From the NCBI GenBank assembly GCA_044226015.1, contig JBGAHS010000002.1, forward strand, positions 128,001 to 192,000: a DNA stretch of 64,000 nucleotides, written 5' to 3'. Source of the DNA: Candidatus Obscuribacteraceae bacterium (GTDB lineage Bacteria; Cyanobacteriota; Vampirovibrionia; Obscuribacterales; Obscuribacteraceae). The translations under genes were made by a program, and so were the position numbers. The notes below the pieces were generated by a model. The model ran no database searches, had not been told where the DNA came from, and saw only the letters and a program-made list of their open reading frames with translations. Below, in pieces: positions 59,964 through 64,000 of this stretch. How positions within the stretch are numbered: position 1 is the stretch's first letter; every line of letters starts with the position of its first letter.

Positions 59964-61262
59964 CTATTGCTTATTTTTTGACTTTAGCTCTGCGGCCTTC
60001 TGCTGGAACCTTGCAGCATCCGCGGACTTATTGTTTTTGGCGAGGATCTCTGCAATTTGCTGCAAAACACCAACATAGCGGGGGTCGCGCTCGCCTGCCG
60101 GATAGCTTGCTTCAATTCTCGCAGCGACTGCGTCAGGTCCGGCGACAACTTCATCAGGAATAAGAGGTGCCACTCCTGCTTTAAGCCAGCGATTTCCAGC
60201 GCCAACAGCTTTGCCCGACGTCGATGCTGGAACTGGATCAGGAGTTTTTGTGACTGCCTTGGGTCTATCCTTAGCGCTAGCACTGCGTTTTAGCTGATCT
60301 TCAATGCTGCTCTTTAATCGATTTATAGAATCTGTCAGAGCCTTCACATCTGCATTGCTCTTCACAGATTGCTCAATTCCAACGAAGATTTTGAGAAATG
60401 GAGCAACTCCAATTCCGTTTTTTTCCATTTCATGGAGCTTGTCTAGCAAAGCATCTCGCTCAGCCTGAAGCGGTCCTTTTAGAGTTTTGATACTAGCGAG
60501 TTCGATAACGGGCGCCTTCTTCGTCAAGGGCAGGGCCGCCAGAGAGGTCTGAATCGGCCGCCACAGTCCATCAAGAGAGGCACTAGCAAACGTTATTTCC
60601 CTGTTCTCTATTCTGGAAGCTGGGTCAACAAAATTGACTGTTATCTTCTGGGCTGTTGGCTTTGCCGCTAGCGCGTTCACAGCAATACGCAAGGCTTCGA
60701 ACTTAGCGTCTTCATCAGAAACCCAGGAGTCAAGACCGGTCGAAACTGTCAACCCGTCCTTGGTTTCGCTGATATGGTAATCATTCGCGCGCGAAATCAC
60801 ATTACTCTCCAGCTGGCGAGCAATGCGGTCAGAGTCACTTTTCACGGCAACGTTTTTGACTGTAATCGAAGCTAACAGCTGTTCCTGGGTCATCGTTCCG
60901 GCAGCAAATGACTTAATGTCGCCGGCGCTGACCGAAACTTCCTGACAGCTGGACATATCTTTTCCGTAGAAATAGCAGGTGACTCGGGCAAACCCCTCGG
61001 GCGACAGATCGAAAACTGACTTGGCTATAAGCGTTGCGTCAATTTTGCAGTCTTTGTCTTCGTTCGAATGCTTGAAAGTAGAGACATAAACCTGATCGCC
61101 ATCGACTCGAACATTCAGAGACGAACCAGGGGCAAGAAACTGAGCTTGCTTAATTGCGCTAACAATCTCTGAGGGGCTGATGGCAGAATAAGCAGGAAGA
61201 ACCGCGAACAAAGCCAGAGACATAGCCAGTACAGGCTGACGCCACAAAGTTTTTTTGAGCAC
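59964..61262 (-). CDS. Secreted hypothetical protein
   Basis: GTG start after AGGAG; signal peptide ending AYS-A; internally similar segments CKIDATLIAK and AKFEALRIAV. Confidence 0.75.
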   Translation of the reverse strand: MLKKTLWRQPVLAMSLALFAVLPAYSAISPSEIVSAIKQAQFLAPGSSLNVRVDGDQVYVSTFKHSNEDKDCKIDATLIAKSVFDLSPEGFARVTCYFYGKDMSSCQEVSVSAGDIKSFAAGTMTQEQLLASITVKNVAVKSDSDRIARQLESNVISRANDYHISETKDGLTVSTGLDSWVSDEDAKFEALRIAVNALAAKPTAQKITVNFVDPASRIENREITFASASLDGLWRPIQTSLAALPLTKKAPVIELASIKTLKGPLQAERDALLDKLHEMEKNGIGVAPFLKIFVGIEQSVKSNADVKALTDSINRLKSSIEDQLKRSASAKDRPKAVTKTPDPVPASTSGKAVGAGNRWLKAGVAPLIPDEVVAGPDAVAARIEASYPAGERDPRYVGVLQQIAEILAKNNKSADAARFQQKAAELKSKNKQ

Positions 61263-61312
61263 AAAGGACTCCTTTCAATCGAAATCGAATCGCAACAACC
61301 GATCGTTTCTAG

Positions 61313-63514
61313 TTATAGCATTTCACCAACGTAACCTATATCTGCCCCGCCAATGAGTCCAGATAATCCATTTACATTAAGCTGCCTTCTAAATCTCAAG
61401 TCAGCACACATACCACTCTTCTGGTAGGTGGGGCGAGGCGCGCCGGAACCTGGGCCCCAACTATAGCCACGGTAAGGCGGGCTTGGATAGGCGCCTGTGG
61501 AGAAGTCATCCTGCCGACTGATTATGGGAGGAGCACCGCCACCTGCTCCACCGCTGTTCTTGCCAGAGGAAGAACTAGCACCACCGATTTCTGTGTTGTC
61601 GCCACAAGCAATGAGAGGTACTCCATTTACACCAATAATTCGCCTGGAATAAGGTGCGGTTTTGAGCTCAGACAGATTGGAAAAATCGGGCGACTTAGGC
61701 AAAGAACCGACTATCGGGTTGTCCATCGGCTCACCTTCATGAAGACCACCATAATCGGCTCCTCGCTGACGCACCATGTCTCGACAGTAGAAATCAAAAT
61801 TTGGTTTTGCTTGAATGGTTGTCGTGCTCACGCTGTAGCCCGGAGCAGCGCCCTTACTCTTGGTCTTATACTCGCCATCGTGGTCGTCACCACCCTTACT
61901 ATCGCCACCGCCGCCGTGACCGCCACCCACCTCAAAGACATCTCCACTAGTTGCCACTATTGTGCTCATTTGAGGATTTAGCATCTCCTGGTATTGCCTG
62001 GCAGGCGCATAAAGAAAGCTCGTCTTATTTCCTTTGCCGTCGTTGTAGTAGTGAATATCAATAGGTCCCGCTGTCCAAGGTGCAACGCCGCTAACCAGCG
62101 ACGAGCCATCGGAAAGTTCGGCATAGAGCTGCTTATGAGAAACAACCGTATATGGATATGGTTTTATTGTTTTAGAACGATAAAGAATGCTGCCATTTTT
62201 GTCGAAGGAGTAGATGTGCATAATTCCTTGCGGAACCTGCCCCAAGCTAAGCACCGACGAAGAAAATGGATCGGTCGCACGCCACAATATTGTGGCTGAA
62301 GGAGGATCATCAAACTGACCATCTTGCATTTTAAGCACTGAGTCTATGTTGACCCTTGAGCCACCATGGCGAATCCAGTCATAAATAGCGAGGCGAGCCA
62401 CATCAGCAGCTGGAGGCGGGCTGCTCGTCCAAGCCGGCGGGTCTGGCCACTGAGGAGCGCTTATGCTCGAGCTACCATCGACGGGAAAATCTCCACCATC
62501 AACGCTGAGGACGTCACACTTGGCCGTCTGCATGGCGGTCCACTGGTACAAATCTTTTACGAACCTCATTTCCGGCATAGGTCCATCCGGATAGCTTACT
62601 GTGAGCGCTCCACCAGTTGGGTGCTGCAGGTCATTGCCGGCCGTTGCCACAGCTGCGAAGTGCTGAACACTCTGCTTTCCTTGATCAACAAAATTCTGGT
62701 CTGCCTCAATTTTCACAACGGAAGCAATCTGGGTTGATAATCCATTAACAACAGGAAGTGATAAGGTCTTCTTGTACTTAGAAAGATCTCCCAAAGCAGG
62801 CGATTTGCCTGTCGAAGCGAAGACGAAAGGTTCACCATTGTAAGCAATATTTGTCTCGGAGACATAGCAACCATTTATCGACTCACCGCTCGCGACAGGC
62901 GCAGCTGCATTCGGCGTCGGAACCGGACTCTGCGTCGAAATTCCAGTCTCCAAACTACCTAGTTCCATAGTCATGGAGTTTCCAACGTAGCTAGAACCCT
63001 GTGCATTGTTTCTAAGATAAATAGCTTCAGCGTCATCGAAGGCTCGTACTTCCTTCCCATATGCGTCGTAAGCTATGCCGCCTCTTGTGCAAGACTTGTT
63101 GATTTCTTTGAACAACGAGTCTTTGGCTTTCAAAATATTCTTTCTATCTTGCAAAGCAAGATTTTTCATCAGACTGTCATTCAGCTTACAACCAATGATG
63201 TAATTCAAGCGGCACGTTGCCATTAGTTCATTGATGCTTCTAACCTCAATGAAGTAATTGTCATCGGCAATCGTTCCTGAACCGATCGGCGACTGATCGC
63301 AAAGACCTACGGTTCCGAATTCAGGTGTGTCAACGACTATGCGACCGATGTCTTGTGCTGCAACCAGAGCTGCCGCCTCTGCAGCGGTCTTCTGGCCCAT
63401 GTGACCTCTCGTCGTGTTGAGAAACGACAGACCAAACAACATCACAGCGACCAGCAATAGCGCTGTCACCGCAGTGAGGGCCAACATGTTGCCTTCGGTT
63501 TTACGGTGTCGCAT
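61313..63514 (-). CDS. Large TadG-like pilin-domain protein
   Basis: MRHRKTEG|NML, hydrophobic helix, QKTAAEAAALVAA; 733 aa. Confidence 0.65.
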   Translation of the reverse strand: MRHRKTEGNMLALTAVTALLLVAVMLFGLSFLNTTRGHMGQKTAAEAAALVAAQDIGRIVVDTPEFGTVGLCDQSPIGSGTIADDNYFIEVRSINELMATCRLNYIIGCKLNDSLMKNLALQDRKNILKAKDSLFKEINKSCTRGGIAYDAYGKEVRAFDDAEAIYLRNNAQGSSYVGNSMTMELGSLETGISTQSPVPTPNAAAPVASGESINGCYVSETNIAYNGEPFVFASTGKSPALGDLSKYKKTLSLPVVNGLSTQIASVVKIEADQNFVDQGKQSVQHFAAVATAGNDLQHPTGGALTVSYPDGPMPEMRFVKDLYQWTAMQTAKCDVLSVDGGDFPVDGSSSISAPQWPDPPAWTSSPPPAADVARLAIYDWIRHGGSRVNIDSVLKMQDGQFDDPPSATILWRATDPFSSSVLSLGQVPQGIMHIYSFDKNGSILYRSKTIKPYPYTVVSHKQLYAELSDGSSLVSGVAPWTAGPIDIHYYNDGKGNKTSFLYAPARQYQEMLNPQMSTIVATSGDVFEVGGGHGGGGDSKGGDDHDGEYKTKSKGAAPGYSVSTTTIQAKPNFDFYCRDMVRQRGADYGGLHEGEPMDNPIVGSLPKSPDFSNLSELKTAPYSRRIIGVNGVPLIACGDNTEIGGASSSSGKNSGGAGGGAPPIISRQDDFSTGAYPSPPYRGYSWGPGSGAPRPTYQKSGMCADLRFRRQLNVNGLSGLIGGADIGYVGEML

Positions 63515-63659
63515 GCGCGTCCCCTGACACCCCGCCTGATGAACTTCTTCTAAGATAGCCCCAGTAGTTAGTTTTTGTCAAACATTGTCGGGCATTTTGA
63601 CAAAGGAAGTGAAACATTTTTGTCGAAATGTCTTAAGCCCCCGTGCTAAAGACTGGAAG

Positions 63660-63684
63660 CAAAATGCCACCATAGATAGTGGCA
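63660..63684 (-). terminator. Candidate terminator
   Basis: TGCCAC-CATAGATA-GTGGCA with minus-strand TTTT, just after the stop at 63689. Confidence 0.55.
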
Positions 63685-63688
63685 GCAC

Positions 63689-64000
63689 TTAATCCATTTC
63701 ACCCACATAGCCGACCTCGAATGCAGCCAAGAGGTCACCAACTTTTGCCTGGCGACGAAATCTCAACTCCACTGCCAGACCAGTTTTGGTGTAGGTTGGA
63801 CGAGGTTTGCCGCCCGATGGGCCCTTGCTATATTTGTTGTACTGCGGCGCTGGAATTGTACTGGTTGCGAAATCATCTTGCTTGCTAATTGTCGGAGGAA
63901 TGCCAATGCCAACGCCGCCAATCGTCAGATTCAGGTTGCCACCTACCTCTGAATTGTCATCATAGGAACTTGAAGCTGCAGTAGTTCGACTCAGTGCGAG
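63689..64000 (-). CDS. C-terminal fragment of a paralog of the 61313..63514 protein; partial
   Basis: Absent from the ORF track. My translation ends PPTISKQDDF...PRPTYTKTGLAVELRFRRQ...EVGYVGEMD*, matching PPIISRQDDF...PRPTYQKSGMCADLRFRRQ...DIGYVGEML*. Confidence 0.85.
   Translation of the reverse strand, partial: LALSRTTAASSSYDDNSEVGGNLNLTIGGVGIGIPPTISKQDDFATSTIPAPQYNKYSKGPSGGKPRPTYTKTGLAVELRFRRQAKVGDLLAAFEVGYVGEMD

Overview
Bacterial chromosomal segment with dense coding on both strands. I found no rRNA, tRNA, CRISPR array, integrase or transposase. The gene repertoire (stand-alone RRM protein, short ~380-aa S1, complex I genes without nuoEFG, no photosynthesis genes, many orphans) suggests a non-photosynthetic cyanobacterial relative such as Melainabacteria/Obscuribacterales; this is inference, not shown by the sequence. 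Housekeeping content: transaldolase, LCP protein, dodecin, 2-oxoacid:ferredoxin oxidoreductase, a MoxR/DUF58 operon, rpsA, rnc, nuoABCDHIJK, a fatty-acid desaturase, otsA and ribE-ribBA-ribH. Most notable: (1) a relaxase-free type IV secretion-like module (PrgI/VirB3-like, VirB4, two bitopic membrane proteins, and a VirB6-like gene 8 kb away) beside TadE/TadG-like pilin genes; its VirB4 is split by two tandem in-frame TAA codons; (2) a ribbon-helix-helix regulator and a desaturase that share a 43-bp promoter/operator element with a GTAGT-N6-ACTAC palindrome; (3) a probably degenerate HD-GYP protein with an unusual W-G-x-L-D-x-I-P repeat; (4) elaborated complex I subunits; (5) a dispersed REP-like palindrome family; (6) two edge genes missing from the ORF track. 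All family assignments come from motif recognition by eye; no searches were run.
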